Counted from the stretch's first letter, positions 40,483-52,295 are shown. The stretch: DNA of 64,000 nucleotides from Blastocatellia bacterium (GCA_963765495.1 CAVXWP010000003.1:1-64000), one strand, 5' to 3'. Notes: a model not told the origin generated them from the sequence alone. Translations and numbers: made by a program.

Positions 40483-41792
40483 AACAGAAACGATTGAAAG
40501 CAGTTGCAGTGAGCACAGTGCTCTTATTAATGGCTGCGGTATCAGTGGCCGTGTTAAAGCCGCGAGCCAGGCAGGCAGAAAAACCGCCGGTGCCTGTGAA
40601 AGTCGCAGCGGTTGAGTTGAACGCAGCGGCCGGCAGCGGCGAGCGGTATTCGGCGACGATCATTCCACGCACTGAGGTGGAGTTGGCTTTTAAGGTGGGC
40701 GGCTATGTCGTCGCGCTTCAACAGGTGCGTGGCGTTGATGGAAAGATGCGCGACCTCCAGGAAGGAGATCGCATCAGCATAGGGGCGGTGCTGGCGGGGA
40801 TTCGCCAGAGCGATTATCAGGTCAAAGTCAAAGAAGCAGAATCTCAGGCCAGCGAGACCAAATCGGGTGTTGACGTCAGCAAAGCACAATACCAGGAAGC
40901 GCTCTCGGGCATCGCATCGAGCAAAGCCCAACTCAGTGAGGCTGAGGCGGCTTATGAAAAAGCAAGACTCGATTTTGACCGCGCGCAAAACCTGTTCGCC
41001 AGCCAGAGCATGACCAAGACCAATTACGACGCGGCAAAGGCACAGCTCGATATGACCACTGCCAAGGTCGAGGCCGCACGCTCACAGGTGCGGATGATCG
41101 AGGCCAAAGCCGAGTCCGCAAAATCCCAGATCGACGTCATCGAAGCGAAGGCAAGAGGCGCGCAGGCGGTCGTGCAGGAGACAACGATTCCCCTCCAGGA
41201 CACCGCGCTCAGGGCGCCGCTCAACGGGGTTGTGCTGAAAAAATCGGTCGAGAGAGGGACACTCGTCTCGCCCGGCACGACCGCGTTCGTCGTCGCCGAT
41301 ACGTCGTCGGTCAAAGCGGTCTTCGGCGTCGCCGATGTCGCCGTGCCGGAAATGAAACTGGGAAGGACGCTGGGCGTCGAGACCGAATCCATGCCCGGCG
41401 AGGAATTTCGCGGACAGATCACCTCTATCTTTCCGGCCGCCGACCCTCAAAGCCGAGTCTTCAACGTCGAGGTGACGATCCCGAATCCGGGCTATCTGCT
41501 GCGACCGAACATGATCGTCTCGCTCAAGGTGGGAACGGAGCAGGCACAGCCTGCGCAGCCGGTCGTGCCATTGAACGCGGTGATGAAAGCGAAGGGCAAC
41601 CCGGATGGCTATGTCGTTTTCGTGGTGATAGAGCAGGACGGGCGGCAGATCGCACGCCTTCGGGACGTGAAGCTGGGCGAATCATACGGCAACACCGTTG
41701 CTGTGATTGACGGAGTGCAGCAGGGCGATCGCGTGATCACAACAGGCAGCACCATGGTGCTGGATGGCGATCAAGTAAAGGTGATTCCATGA
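40479..41792 (+). CDS. RND efflux periplasmic adaptor subunit
   Basis: LAFKVGG, long helical hairpin, LRAPLNG, LLRPNM. Confidence 0.92.
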   Translation: MKQKRLKAVAVSTVLLLMAAVSVAVLKPRARQAEKPPVPVKVAAVELNAAAGSGERYSATIIPRTEVELAFKVGGYVVALQQVRGVDGKMRDLQEGDRISIGAVLAGIRQSDYQVKVKEAESQASETKSGVDVSKAQYQEALSGIASSKAQLSEAEAAYEKARLDFDRAQNLFASQSMTKTNYDAAKAQLDMTTAKVEAARSQVRMIEAKAESAKSQIDVIEAKARGAQAVVQETTIPLQDTALRAPLNGVVLKKSVERGTLVSPGTTAFVVADTSSVKAVFGVADVAVPEMKLGRTLGVETESMPGEEFRGQITSIFPAADPQSRVFNVEVTIPNPGYLLRPNMIVSLKVGTEQAQPAQPVVPLNAVMKAKGNPDGYVVFVVIEQDGRQIARLRDVKLGESYGNTVAVIDGVQQGDRVITTGSTMVLDGDQVKVIP

Positions 41793-44700
41793 AGAAGAAA
41801 TTTCAAGTCCTATTGCTGAAAGTGCGCAGGGTTTTGCGCGGGCTGGTCAAGAAATCGCCGCAAAACGCGACCCAGGATCAGGCCCACGTGGCATACGCTC
41901 ACGGCAATCACGATATAGACCGAAGCAAGCGCAACATCTCTCGCTTTTTCGTCGAGCAGCGGCACATCACCTGGGTCATGCTGATCGCCGTCTGCGTCTG
42001 GGGTATTTACAGCTATAAGAGCATGCCCCAGCGCAAAGACCCGGACACACCGGTCAAAACCGCCGTCGCCATTACCCTCTGGCCCGGAGTGAGCGCGGAG
42101 AAGATCGAGCAACTGGTGACCAGGAAGATCGAAGAGAAGGTGGCGCAGAACGCCAACGTGGAGAAGATCCGCTCGATCTCGCGTACCAACATTTCGGTCG
42201 TTTACGTGGACCTGGATGAGAACTTCCCCGGCAGCCAGATCGCCAAGGAGTTCGACGACATCGCGCTCAAACTCGACTCCATCACCGACTTGCCGGAAGG
42301 CGCCGGACCCGTACAATTCATCAAGGACTTCGGCGATACGTCGGCCCTCATGCTCACCGTCGCGAGTCCGAAGGTGAGTGAGGCGGAGATCGACCTGCGC
42401 GCAAAGGAGGTCGGCGAGGCCATCGCACGTCACCGGGCGGAGTACGCGCCGGCCGGAGGCGGGACGCGCTTCACCATCGTCACCAGTCTTACCAATCCGG
42501 TCAACCCTCGGGTCGTCCAAGATCCGCTCAATACGTTCGCCGACTACCTCAAAGAGAAGGGTGTGGCGACCGACCTGCATGTCATCACGGAGCAGGGCTT
42601 CGTCGGCGTGGACGGCGTGTCCGACGCGAGCGACGAAGCCCTGCTCGACCACACCCGGCAGTTCATCACCGAGCGGTTGCAGGCCGCAGATTTTCACCCG
42701 GATAGCTGGCCGCCCGTTGTGATCCGCGACCCGCAGGAGACGCGCCAGAAGCTGAGCCTTGTCGCGGGCGACAAGTACAGCTACCGTCAGATGGATGATT
42801 TCACCGATCTCATCGAGAAGGGGATCAAAAGCGTCCCGCAAGCTACGAAGGTGTCGCGGTCGGGCATCCTGTCTGAGCGGATCTTTCTCCTTTATTCCCA
42901 GGAGCGCATCGCCTCGTACGGCCTGCGTCCCGGAGACCTGCCGAACATCCTGGGCGCGCGCAACATCACGCCGGCAGGCGGTCAACTGGAAGCCGTGGGC
43001 AAGAACTTTTCCATCGACCCTTCCGGCGAGTTCAAGAGTGAAAAGGAGATCGGCGACGTGGCAATCTCCCGCACCGAGCAGGGGGCACCCGTCTACCTGC
43101 GCGACGTGGTGGACGTCGAGCGCGGCTATGACAGCCCGCCGAGATACCTGAATTTCTACGACTGGCGCGACGCACACGGCAACTGGCAGCGCAGCCGCGC
43201 CATCACGGTCGCCGTCCAGATGCGCCCGGGCGGATACATCGGCGAGTTTGGTGAGAGCATCGATACGGCGCTGGCCGAGCTCAGGAAACAGTTGCCCGAC
43301 GACCTGATCATGGCGCGCACCTCCGACCAGCCGCGGCAGGTCACGGAGAACGTGGACCTGTTCATGAACAGCCTCTACGAGGCGATCGTCCTCGTGGTGA
43401 TCGTCTCCCTCGTCGGCTTCTGGGACTGGCGTTCGGCGCTGCTGATGGGATTGGCGATCCCGATCACGCTCTTCATCACCTTCGGGATGTCGCATATGCT
43501 GGGGATCGATCTCCAGCAGGTCTCCATCGCCACGCTGATCATTGCCCTCGGCCTGCTGGTAGATGTGCCGGTGGTCTCCGGCGACGCGATTAAGAACCAG
43601 CTGGGGGCGGGTCTGCCGCCGCTCACCGCCGCGTGGCTGGGGCCGACGAGACTGATCAAGGCGATCATCTTCGCCACCATCACCAACATCGTCGCCTACC
43701 TGCCGTTCCTGACCCTGCCCGGGAGCACGGGCGAATTCTTATACAGCCTGCCCATAGTGCTGACCTGCTCTCTGGTGGCGGCGCTGATGGTGGCGATGAC
43801 GTTCATCCCATTCCTCGGCTACTTCTTGCTGAAGCCCACGCTCCAACCGACCATCGAGGAACGGCGCAAAAAAGGGTTCCCGGCCTTTTATTACAGAGTG
43901 GGCGAATGGGCGATCAATCACCGTTGGAGGGTGCTGCTCGGCTCGTTCATTTTCCTGGCGGTTTGTGGGCTGGCGGCCAGCCGTCTCAAAACGGACTTTT
44001 TCCCGAAAGACCTTTCTTACCTTTCATACCTCGACGTGTGGCTGCCGGAAGACGCGCCGCTTTCGGCCACCAACGAGGCCGCGCGGCGTGCGGAGGAAGT
44101 GGTGCGCGAGGTGACCGAAGAATACGGCAGGGAGCACTCTGAAAAAGATGGCAAGCCGCGTGAAGTCTTGAAATCACTGACCACCTTCGTCGGGGGCGGC
44201 GGCCCGCGGTTCTGGTTCTCGGTCTCGCCCGAGATGCAGCAGCTAAACTACGCGCAGGTCATCATCGAGGTCAAAGACAAGCACGACACCAACCATCTGA
44301 TCGGCCCCTTGCAGAGGGCGCTGGACGAGCGGGTCCCAGGCGCGCGGGTCGACGTGCGGCAGCTCGACACGGGCAAGCCCATCACGATGCCCGTCGAAAT
44401 TCGCATCTCCGGCGGCGACATGGCCGCGCTGCGCCAGGAGGCGGAGAAGGTGAAGGACATCCTGCGCGCCACCCCGTACGCCCAGCGCGTTCGCGACGAC
44501 TGGGGGGAGGAGATCTTCACCGTCAAGCTCGAAACCGATTCCGACCGTGCGAACGTGGCGGGAATCACCAACCTCGACGTCGCCGCTTCCTCGGCGACGG
44601 GAATCAACGGCAGCAAGGTGACGGTGCTGCGCGAAGGCGATAAGCAGATCCCGATCGTGGCGCGACTGCGGATGGAAGAGCGAGCACAACTGGCCGACGT

Positions 44701-45523
44701 GCAGAACCTGTATGTCTATTCGCTGCAGGGGGCGCAGAAGGTGCCGCTCAGGCAAGTCTCGTCGGTCGAGTACGGGATGCAGACCGAGAAGGTGCGCCGG
44801 CGCAATCAATTTCGCACGATCACGGTTTCCTGTATGGCCGAACCCGGTCACCTGCCTTCTGAGATTGTGAACGCCGCCCGCTCGCAGTTGACGGCTTTCG
44901 CCGATCAACTCCCCTCCGGCTACCGCATGGATATCGGCGGGTCGGAAGAGGAGCAGGTCAAGGGTTTCAAAAATCAGACGGTCGTGCTGATAATCTCGCT
45001 GGTCGCGATCTATCTTAGCCTGGTCTACCAGTTCAGAAACGCCATCAAGCCGTTCGTCGTCTTCGCGGCGGTGCCTTACGGCATCGCGGGCGGGCTGGTG
45101 GCGCTCTGGGTCATGGACACGCCCTTCGGGTTCATGGCCTTCCTGGGAATAATCAGCCTGGTAGGGCTGATCGTCAGTCACATCATCGTGCTCTTCGACT
45201 TCATCGAAGAGAAGCACGCGGAAGGCGAGCCGCTGAAGGAGGCGGTGCTGGACGCCGGCATCATGCGCCTCAGGCCCGTGATGATCACGGTGCTCGCCCT
45301 TGTGATCGCGCTCGTCCCGCTGGCGATGCACGGCGGGCCGCTGTGGGAACCGATGTGTTACGCGCAGATGGGCGGGATGATGGTTGCGACCTTCATCACG
45401 CTGCTTTTGGTGCCGGTGATCTATTCAATCTTCGTGCTCGACCTGAAGCTGATCAAGTGGGACAAGCACGAGGAGAAGGCAACGGAAGAGAACAGCGAGA
45501 TGGAGCCCGCCGAGGCCGGTTAA
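41789..45523 (+). CDS. RND efflux permease (AcrB-like, unusually long)
   Basis: IALGLLVD, RLRPVMIT; two TM bundles with periplasmic domains. Confidence 0.93.
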   Translation: MKKKFQVLLLKVRRVLRGLVKKSPQNATQDQAHVAYAHGNHDIDRSKRNISRFFVEQRHITWVMLIAVCVWGIYSYKSMPQRKDPDTPVKTAVAITLWPGVSAEKIEQLVTRKIEEKVAQNANVEKIRSISRTNISVVYVDLDENFPGSQIAKEFDDIALKLDSITDLPEGAGPVQFIKDFGDTSALMLTVASPKVSEAEIDLRAKEVGEAIARHRAEYAPAGGGTRFTIVTSLTNPVNPRVVQDPLNTFADYLKEKGVATDLHVITEQGFVGVDGVSDASDEALLDHTRQFITERLQAADFHPDSWPPVVIRDPQETRQKLSLVAGDKYSYRQMDDFTDLIEKGIKSVPQATKVSRSGILSERIFLLYSQERIASYGLRPGDLPNILGARNITPAGGQLEAVGKNFSIDPSGEFKSEKEIGDVAISRTEQGAPVYLRDVVDVERGYDSPPRYLNFYDWRDAHGNWQRSRAITVAVQMRPGGYIGEFGESIDTALAELRKQLPDDLIMARTSDQPRQVTENVDLFMNSLYEAIVLVVIVSLVGFWDWRSALLMGLAIPITLFITFGMSHMLGIDLQQVSIATLIIALGLLVDVPVVSGDAIKNQLGAGLPPLTAAWLGPTRLIKAIIFATITNIVAYLPFLTLPGSTGEFLYSLPIVLTCSLVAALMVAMTFIPFLGYFLLKPTLQPTIEERRKKGFPAFYYRVGEWAINHRWRVLLGSFIFLAVCGLAASRLKTDFFPKDLSYLSYLDVWLPEDAPLSATNEAARRAEEVVREVTEEYGREHSEKDGKPREVLKSLTTFVGGGGPRFWFSVSPEMQQLNYAQVIIEVKDKHDTNHLIGPLQRALDERVPGARVDVRQLDTGKPITMPVEIRISGGDMAALRQEAEKVKDILRATPYAQRVRDDWGEEIFTVKLETDSDRANVAGITNLDVAASSATGINGSKVTVLREGDKQIPIVARLRMEERAQLADVQNLYVYSLQGAQKVPLRQVSSVEYGMQTEKVRRRNQFRTITVSCMAEPGHLPSEIVNAARSQLTAFADQLPSGYRMDIGGSEEEQVKGFKNQTVVLIISLVAIYLSLVYQFRNAIKPFVVFAAVPYGIAGGLVALWVMDTPFGFMAFLGIISLVGLIVSHIIVLFDFIEEKHAEGEPLKEAVLDAGIMRLRPVMITVLALVIALVPLAMHGGPLWEPMCYAQMGGMMVATFITLLLVPVIYSIFVLDLKLIKWDKHEEKATEENSEMEPAEAG

Positions 45524-45563
45524 GCCGCATTGTTCTAAATGCCCGAATGGCGAAGGTGGCGAA

Positions 45564-47981
45564 ATGATGACCAACAGCATTGCGCACTACAAGACTCTGG
45601 AGAAGCTGGGCGCGGGCGGCATGGGCGAGGTCTATCTGGCCGAAGACACCCGGCTCGGGCGCAAGGTCGCGCTCAAGCTGTTGCCGGATTCGTATCGGTA
45701 CGACCCGGAGCGGCGCGAGCGGTTTCTCCAGGAAGCGCTCGCCGCCTCGGCGATGCGCTCGCCGAACGTGGCGACGATTTACGACTTTGGCGAAAGCGAC
45801 CGCACGATGTTCATCGCCATGGAGTATGTTGAAGGGGAGTTGCTGTCAAAGCGACTCGAAGGCGGCCCGCTAGATATCCACCTGGCCATCGACAGCGCAT
45901 CGCAAGTCTGCGAGGCGCTCGACGAAGCCCATTCGCTCGGCATCATCCATCGAGACATTAAAAGCTCGAACGTCATCGTTACCCCGAACGGTCTGGTTAA
46001 AGTTCTCGACTTCGGTCTCGCTAAAATCGTCCCGCCTCAGAATCCCCCTGTTGATGATACCACGGTGCGGCTGGGCCTGGAGACTGCCCCGGGGGTGATC
46101 CTGGGCACGCTCGCGTTCATGGCGCCTGAACAGGCTCGCGGCCTTGAAGTAGATGGCCGCAGCGACCTGTTCAGCCTCGGCGTGCTGCTTTACGAAATGC
46201 TCACCGGCAAGCGACCATTTGCCGGCGCGACGACGGGCGACCTGCTGGTATCAATCTTGAATAGAGAGCCTGAGCCGCTGGCGCGCATCTCGCCGGCAAT
46301 ACCGGCTGAGATGCAATGGATCGTCTCGAAGGCGTTGTGCAAGGATCGTACGCTTCGATACCAGACGGCGCGTGACTTCATCGCCGATCTGCGGGTCGTA
46401 GCGCAGAGCTTGAACACCAAATTCCTATCGCCGTTCGGCGGCTTCGACTTTACCGCCAGTCAATATGGACACCCGTCGGTGTGCGAGCCCATCACGCGGG
46501 ACTCCAGGCTGCGCCGGCGGGCGCGAAAACAGATCGATTCCATCGCCGTGTTGCCGCTGATCAATTCGACCGACGATCCTGACCTTGACTATTTGAGCGA
46601 CGGCATCACCGAAAGCTTGATCAACGCCCTCGCACGCATCCCGAAGTTGCGCGTCATGGCGCGCGCGACCGTCTTCCGCTACAAAGGCCGCGAGGTTGAC
46701 CCCCAGCGCGTCGGCTATGATCTTAATGTCCGAGCGGTGATGATCGGACGAATGCAACGTGTGCGAGATTACTTCACGATCAGCGCCGAACTCGTCGACG
46801 TCTCGGACGGATCGCTGCTCTGGGGCGAGCAATACGCGCGAATGCCGTCCGATATACTCTCTTTGCAGGATGAGATTTCAAGCGATATTGCCAAGCAGTT
46901 AAGACTCAAGCTGACGAGCAGCGATAGACGTCGTCTGGCCAAGCCTCATACCAGGAACGCAGAAGCCTACGAGCTCTATCTGAAGGGCCGCTATCACTGG
47001 GGCAAATGGACAGAGGCGGGGTTCCGCGAGGCGAAGGCGTGTTATGAAAAGGCGCTCGGCAGCGACCCTTGCTTTGCGCTTGCCTATTCGGGGCTAGGCG
47101 AAGTTTACTGCGCTCAATCCTACTTTAGCTCGGACCAAGCTCAGTCGCGGGCGGCGATCTTGAGGTCGCGAGCATGCGCGCAACGGGCGCTGGAGATTGA
47201 TGACGCGCTCGCTGAGGCGCATCTGCTGCTTGCGAACCTCGCACACCTTTACGACTGGCAGTGGGCCGCCGCCGAGCAGGAATTCAAAGTCGCGCTCGAA
47301 TTGAACCCGAACCTGGCCGGCGCACATCTGTCCTACGGTCTGTTTCTGATGGACGAGTGTCGCTTTGAAGTGGCGGCTGCGGAGATAGAGATGGGATTGA
47401 AACTTGACCCGCTGTCACTGCCGGCCAACACCAGCAAAGGAATCCTCTTATTCAACACCGGAAGGTGTGGCGAGGCGGTCAGCCAACTCAGGAAGTCGCT
47501 GTCGCTAGATCCCGTCTTTCCGCTCTCAGAACTCGATCCCACGTTTCAACTCTCGCACGAGATGCTCGGCGCGGCGCTGGAGCGAGCCGGGAAGCCTGAT
47601 GAGGCCGTTACGGAATACTTGCGGATGCTCCCTGAGTGGAGAGGAAGGGAAGAGATGTCTGCGGCGCTGCGGGCGGCCTACGCGGTATCAGGAATGAATG
47701 GATTCTGGCGGCGCTTTGCTGATTTTGCCGACGAGTTGTCTGAACGCAGGGTGGCGACACCTGTGTTCGTGGCGATGATTTATGCGGCATTGGGAGAACA
47801 GGATGCCGCGTTTGAATGGATCGAAAGAGCATTCAACGAGCGAGCCCCCGCGCTGACGCACCTCAAAGCCGACCCTCGCTTCGAGCCCCTACGCGCCGAT
47901 GCACGGTTCGCGGTGTGGCTACATCGCATAGGATTGATGAATGACTCGGGGTCAACAGACCGCCGCCCGGTTTCTGGTTAA
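45564..47981 (+). CDS. Ser/Thr protein kinase with TolB-N-like and TPR domains
   Basis: LGAGGMGEV, VALK, HRDIKSSN, DFG, APE; SIAVLPL; TPR tail. Confidence 0.95.
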   Translation: MMTNSIAHYKTLEKLGAGGMGEVYLAEDTRLGRKVALKLLPDSYRYDPERRERFLQEALAASAMRSPNVATIYDFGESDRTMFIAMEYVEGELLSKRLEGGPLDIHLAIDSASQVCEALDEAHSLGIIHRDIKSSNVIVTPNGLVKVLDFGLAKIVPPQNPPVDDTTVRLGLETAPGVILGTLAFMAPEQARGLEVDGRSDLFSLGVLLYEMLTGKRPFAGATTGDLLVSILNREPEPLARISPAIPAEMQWIVSKALCKDRTLRYQTARDFIADLRVVAQSLNTKFLSPFGGFDFTASQYGHPSVCEPITRDSRLRRRARKQIDSIAVLPLINSTDDPDLDYLSDGITESLINALARIPKLRVMARATVFRYKGREVDPQRVGYDLNVRAVMIGRMQRVRDYFTISAELVDVSDGSLLWGEQYARMPSDILSLQDEISSDIAKQLRLKLTSSDRRRLAKPHTRNAEAYELYLKGRYHWGKWTEAGFREAKACYEKALGSDPCFALAYSGLGEVYCAQSYFSSDQAQSRAAILRSRACAQRALEIDDALAEAHLLLANLAHLYDWQWAAAEQEFKVALELNPNLAGAHLSYGLFLMDECRFEVAAAEIEMGLKLDPLSLPANTSKGILLFNTGRCGEAVSQLRKSLSLDPVFPLSELDPTFQLSHEMLGAALERAGKPDEAVTEYLRMLPEWRGREEMSAALRAAYAVSGMNGFWRRFADFADELSERRVATPVFVAMIYAALGEQDAAFEWIERAFNERAPALTHLKADPRFEPLRADARFAVWLHRIGLMNDSGSTDRRPVSG

Positions 47982-48173
47982 GTGTGTAGTTGTGAGGCTG
48001 ACTTCAATTAGCCCTGATCGGCGGGAGTCGAATCAGTACTGAAAGAAGGAGACGAGGATGTCTTGGGAGAAAAAACAGAGGCCGTAACACCTGACTAATG
48101 GCTTGAAGACCGATGCGGGTTTGTTCCGCGATGTAACGTGGTGTGTCAGGGAAAACATCAGGAGGTTCCGATC

Positions 48174-49610
48174 ATGGATAAGAACGCTGCCGCAAGTCCA
48201 GCGAGCGCCGCGCAAACAATCTCTCTATTGCTGGAGATGAGCGGGCTCGACACCCTCTACAGAGACCTTTATTTTCAACGTGCTCACGAGTTGATCGAGC
48301 CCATGCTCACGCATTCGTCCTACGCGCGAATGAAACAGGGCCTCGCTTCGATCGCTCTGGTCGAGAAACAACTGCGCGCCTCTATAGAGCGCGGAGACTG
48401 GGCAAGGGCCCGCGAGTTGACAGAGAGGATTCGCGGGATACAAGCATCCGCCGCGAGCGGCGAATGGATGAAGTACGGGCAAGCCCTTTACGACGGGGCC
48501 GCCGACATCCCTATCGATCCGTTCTCGCCCGGCCTCCACGTCTTCACGGGTGGCTCTGCCCACAGGCTACAGGAGTGGCAGGACCGCGCGATTGACATCC
48601 TCTCGAAGCTCAAGCGGGCTGATACTTCAAAGAAGGATTTCTACGCGCGCCGGGAGAGCGGTTTTGAAGCTCTCTCGATAGCGGCCCCCTCCGACCAGCC
48701 GGAGGAGAAGAATGCGTCGGCAAATCCGGCCCATCTCCAACGCGAAGCCCTCGAAGCGCTCGAAGCAGGCAACCTCTCCGAGCTCGACCATGTGGTTATG
48801 AAGCTTATGGAGAAACCTGCCGAACAGGAGGCAAAGCAGGAATCTACCGAAGAGAAGTTTGTTCAGACGGCGGAGATGGGCGATGACCTGCTCTATTCAT
48901 TCTCGGAAGAGACGCTTGCCGGGGCCAGTCGGCTCGGCCTTGCGCCTGTGCGGACCGAATCGCGCCGCCACCTGGCTTATCTCATCCCGCTCGGCTGGCA
49001 GCCGTCGTTCCTCAGGGACGAGGTAAAGCTGAGGTCGAAAGAACAGGTCGCTCGGCTTACTTATCCGTCGGGCACCGCAGACCAGATGAAGAATGGCTTA
49101 GAGTTCTTTCTGCTCAACCCCTTCATCACCTCTGGCGGGACGCGCTACATGGGCAGCTTCGTTTTAGAAGATCTGCTGATAGAGGATTTCCCGGAGCCTG
49201 AGCCGAAACAGCAGATGCCCCGCACCGAGTTGCTCTCCGCGCTCGGGCTTGAGAGCCGATGGGGGCTCACGCGGATAGACATCGAGAATGCGCTGCTCGA
49301 GCATGGCTCGCGAATCCTTGAGGAAGAACTCTCACTCGACCCGGAAGCATTTCGGCTGGTAGCGATACCGCCGGACATTTACCCGCATCTTGCAGCAGGG
49401 CGAGGATGGGGGCAGAAGCAGATGTGGACTCACTTCGACGGGTACCGGGTGCGCGAAGACGGGAAGTTGCAGGCGCTAGCGGGAGGAGACCAGCGATGGG
49501 GCGGGGCTTACGACGTGGTGTGCTTCAGCCCTGCATACACGCAGGAGAGGATCCTTGCGCGCTTCGCGGTCGTGCAGAGAAGTCGGATGAAGACCTGGCA
49601 TCGAAAGTGA
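48174..49610 (+). CDS. Hypothetical protein (478 aa)
   Basis: Long ORF with GGAGG RBS and protein-like composition; no recognised domain. Confidence 0.8.
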   Translation: MDKNAAASPASAAQTISLLLEMSGLDTLYRDLYFQRAHELIEPMLTHSSYARMKQGLASIALVEKQLRASIERGDWARARELTERIRGIQASAASGEWMKYGQALYDGAADIPIDPFSPGLHVFTGGSAHRLQEWQDRAIDILSKLKRADTSKKDFYARRESGFEALSIAAPSDQPEEKNASANPAHLQREALEALEAGNLSELDHVVMKLMEKPAEQEAKQESTEEKFVQTAEMGDDLLYSFSEETLAGASRLGLAPVRTESRRHLAYLIPLGWQPSFLRDEVKLRSKEQVARLTYPSGTADQMKNGLEFFLLNPFITSGGTRYMGSFVLEDLLIEDFPEPEPKQQMPRTELLSALGLESRWGLTRIDIENALLEHGSRILEEELSLDPEAFRLVAIPPDIYPHLAAGRGWGQKQMWTHFDGYRVREDGKLQALAGGDQRWGGAYDVVCFSPAYTQERILARFAVVQRSRMKTWHRK

Positions 49611-49848
49611 GCCGCCGTATGGAGAGAAAGATAGGACCCGTGAGGTGGCGATGTAGGCATGGCTACCGCAAGCCGGACGAAGCGGCAGGGAGAATAAGAA
49701 CGCCAGGCCGCAGCAAACGCACTCGATCTGGCCGAAGGCAGATGAGGCTGCTGTTGCTTACCGAGGACGGCATCGACCTGAGGACAAAACTGACGCGGTT
49801 GGTTTTCCGCCAATAAGGAAATTACCCCGCAAAAGGAGTATCACAATC

Positions 49849-52284
49849 ATGGCAACTACAATAAAGGAAACTAGTACTTACGCAGCAATCTCGGCATACG
49901 GCACGGCCCGCTCGACGGTCGAGGGATCCCCGCTCAGTCCCGAAGAGTTGGAACAGACAGACGCTTACTGGCGGGCAAGCCTATACCTCTGCCTGGGCAT
50001 GCTATACCTCAAGGACAACCCTTTGCTGCGAGAACCGCTGAGGTTGGAGCACACCAAGCCCCGACTGCTGGGCCACTGGGGATCGGACTCCGGCCAGGCC
50101 TTCACCTACATTCACTTCAACCGGCTGATCAACAAGTATGACCTGAACGCAATCTTTATCTCAGGGCCCGGCCATGGCGCGCCGGCTGTGCTATCCAACG
50201 CGTATCTCGAGGGAACTTATTCAGAGATCTATCCGGACAAGAGTGAAGACCTCGCGGGAATGCAGCGCTTCTTCAAACAGTTCTCTTTCCCCGGCGGGAT
50301 TGGCAGCCATGCCACTCCCGAAACACCCGGAAGCATCCACGAGGGCGGCGAGCTGGGCTATTGTATCTCACATGCCTACGGCACAGTTTACGACAACCCC
50401 GATTTGATTACTCTCGTCATGGTGGGCGACGGCGAGGCCGAGACCGGGCCGCTCGCCACCAGCTGGCATAGCAATAAGTTTCTCAACCCGATTAATGATG
50501 GCGCGGTGCTGCCGGTCTTGCACCTCAACGGCTACAAGATCAATAACCCTACCCTTCTGGCCCGCATCAGTCGCGAGGAACTGGAGGCGCTGTTCGTCGG
50601 CTATGGGTACACGCCTTATTTTGTGGAAGGCAGTGACCCGCCGAGCATGCACCAGGCGATGGCCGCCACCCTGGAACATTGTATCCTGGAAATCCGCAAA
50701 ATCCAGGAGGAGGCACGCTGCACGGGGAAGGCGGTTCGACCACGCTGGCCCATGATTATCCTGCGCAGCCCCAAAGGCTGGACGGCCCCGCGGGAGGTGG
50801 ATGGCCACTACCTCGAAGGTTTCTGGCGGGCGCATCAGGTCCCACTGGGGGACCTCGCCACTAACCCCGGTCACCTTAAGGTGCTCGAAACCTGGTTGCG
50901 CAGCTACAAGCCGGAGGAGCTTTTCGACGAGGAGGGCCGGCTGCTGCCCGAATTTAAGGTCCTTGCTCCGAAAGGAGAGCGCCGGATGAGCGCCAACCCG
51001 ATTGCCAACGGCGGTCTGTTACGCAGACCCCTGGTGATGCCGGATTTTCGCGACTTCGCCGTCGAAGTCAAGACACCCGGCGCGACTTTGGCCGGTAGCG
51101 TCTCCACCTTCGGTAACTTCCTACGAGAAGTGATGCGGCTCAACATGCAGAATTTCCGCGTCTTCGGGCCTGATGAGACTGAGTCCAACCAGCTCCATGC
51201 CCTCTATGAAGTCGGCAAGAAGGTTTGGCTCGGCGAGTACTTCCCGGAAGACGCCGATGGCGGCGAGCTGGCCCCGGACGGCCGCGTCATGGAGATGCTC
51301 AGCGAGCATACCGTGGAAGGGTGGCTGGAGGGCTATATTCTGAGCGGGCGGCACGGCTTGATTAACAGCTATGAGCCGTTCGTTCACGTTATCGACTCGA
51401 TGTTCAATCAGCATGCCAAGTGGCTGGAAAAGTGCAACGAGTTGTCCTGGCGAGCCAAGATAGCTTCGCTCAACCTGCTGATCACCGGCCTGGTGTGGCG
51501 GCAGGACCACAATGGCTTCACGCACCAGGACCCTGGCTTTCTCGACGTGGTGGCCAATAAGAGCCCCGAGGTTGTACGTATTTATCTGCCGCCTGACGCC
51601 AACTGCCTGCTCTCGGTCGGCGATCACTGCCTGAACAGCATCAACTACATCAATGTGATGGTCGCAGACAAGAAGGTTCACTTACAATATCTGGATATGG
51701 AAGCAGCGATCACGCACTGCACGAAGGGCGTCGGGATCTGGGACTGGGCCAGCAGTGACCAGGGCGCCGAGCCGGACGTGGTGATGGCGAGCTGCGGTGA
51801 CGTGCCAACGATGGAGTCGCTGGCCGCCACGGCCCTGCTTCGCCAGCACCTGCCCGATGTGAAGGTGAGATTCGTGAACGTCGTTGACCTGTTCAGGCTG
51901 GTGCCGCATACAGAACACCCGCACGGTCTGACCGATTCGGAGTTCGAGGCGATCTTCACCCCGGACAAACCCGTGGTCTTCAACTTTCACGGCTACCCGT
52001 GGTTGATCCACCGCCTCACCTACCGCAGGCCAGGTCAGCACCACATTCACGTGCGCGGCTACAAGGAACAGGGCAACATCAACACACCGTTAGAGCTAGC
52101 CATTCGCAATCAGGCCGATCGCTTCAGCCTGGCAATCGATGCCCTTGACCGCATGCCCCGTTTCCAAGTCAAAGGCGCCAGCGTTCGCGAGACCCTGGTG
52201 AACCAGCAGATCGCGTGTAAAAGATACGCCCACGAGTTCGGCGTGGATAAGCCCGAGATCACCGACTGGAATTGGCCATTTTAG
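49849..52284 (+). CDS. xfp: Phosphoketolase (Xu5P/F6P)
   Basis: [27 protein letters not shown] (TPP binding), [12 protein letters not shown]. Confidence 0.97.
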   Translation: MATTIKETSTYAAISAYGTARSTVEGSPLSPEELEQTDAYWRASLYLCLGMLYLKDNPLLREPLRLEHTKPRLLGHWGSDSGQAFTYIHFNRLINKYDLNAIFISGPGHGAPAVLSNAYLEGTYSEIYPDKSEDLAGMQRFFKQFSFPGGIGSHATPETPGSIHEGGELGYCISHAYGTVYDNPDLITLVMVGDGEAETGPLATSWHSNKFLNPINDGAVLPVLHLNGYKINNPTLLARISREELEALFVGYGYTPYFVEGSDPPSMHQAMAATLEHCILEIRKIQEEARCTGKAVRPRWPMIILRSPKGWTAPREVDGHYLEGFWRAHQVPLGDLATNPGHLKVLETWLRSYKPEELFDEEGRLLPEFKVLAPKGERRMSANPIANGGLLRRPLVMPDFRDFAVEVKTPGATLAGSVSTFGNFLREVMRLNMQNFRVFGPDETESNQLHALYEVGKKVWLGEYFPEDADGGELAPDGRVMEMLSEHTVEGWLEGYILSGRHGLINSYEPFVHVIDSMFNQHAKWLEKCNELSWRAKIASLNLLITGLVWRQDHNGFTHQDPGFLDVVANKSPEVVRIYLPPDANCLLSVGDHCLNSINYINVMVADKKVHLQYLDMEAAITHCTKGVGIWDWASSDQGAEPDVVMASCGDVPTMESLAATALLRQHLPDVKVRFVNVVDLFRLVPHTEHPHGLTDSEFEAIFTPDKPVVFNFHGYPWLIHRLTYRRPGQHHIHVRGYKEQGNINTPLELAIRNQADRFSLAIDALDRMPRFQVKGASVRETLVNQQIACKRYAHEFGVDKPEITDWNWPF

Positions 52285-52295
52285 ATGCTAGAGGC

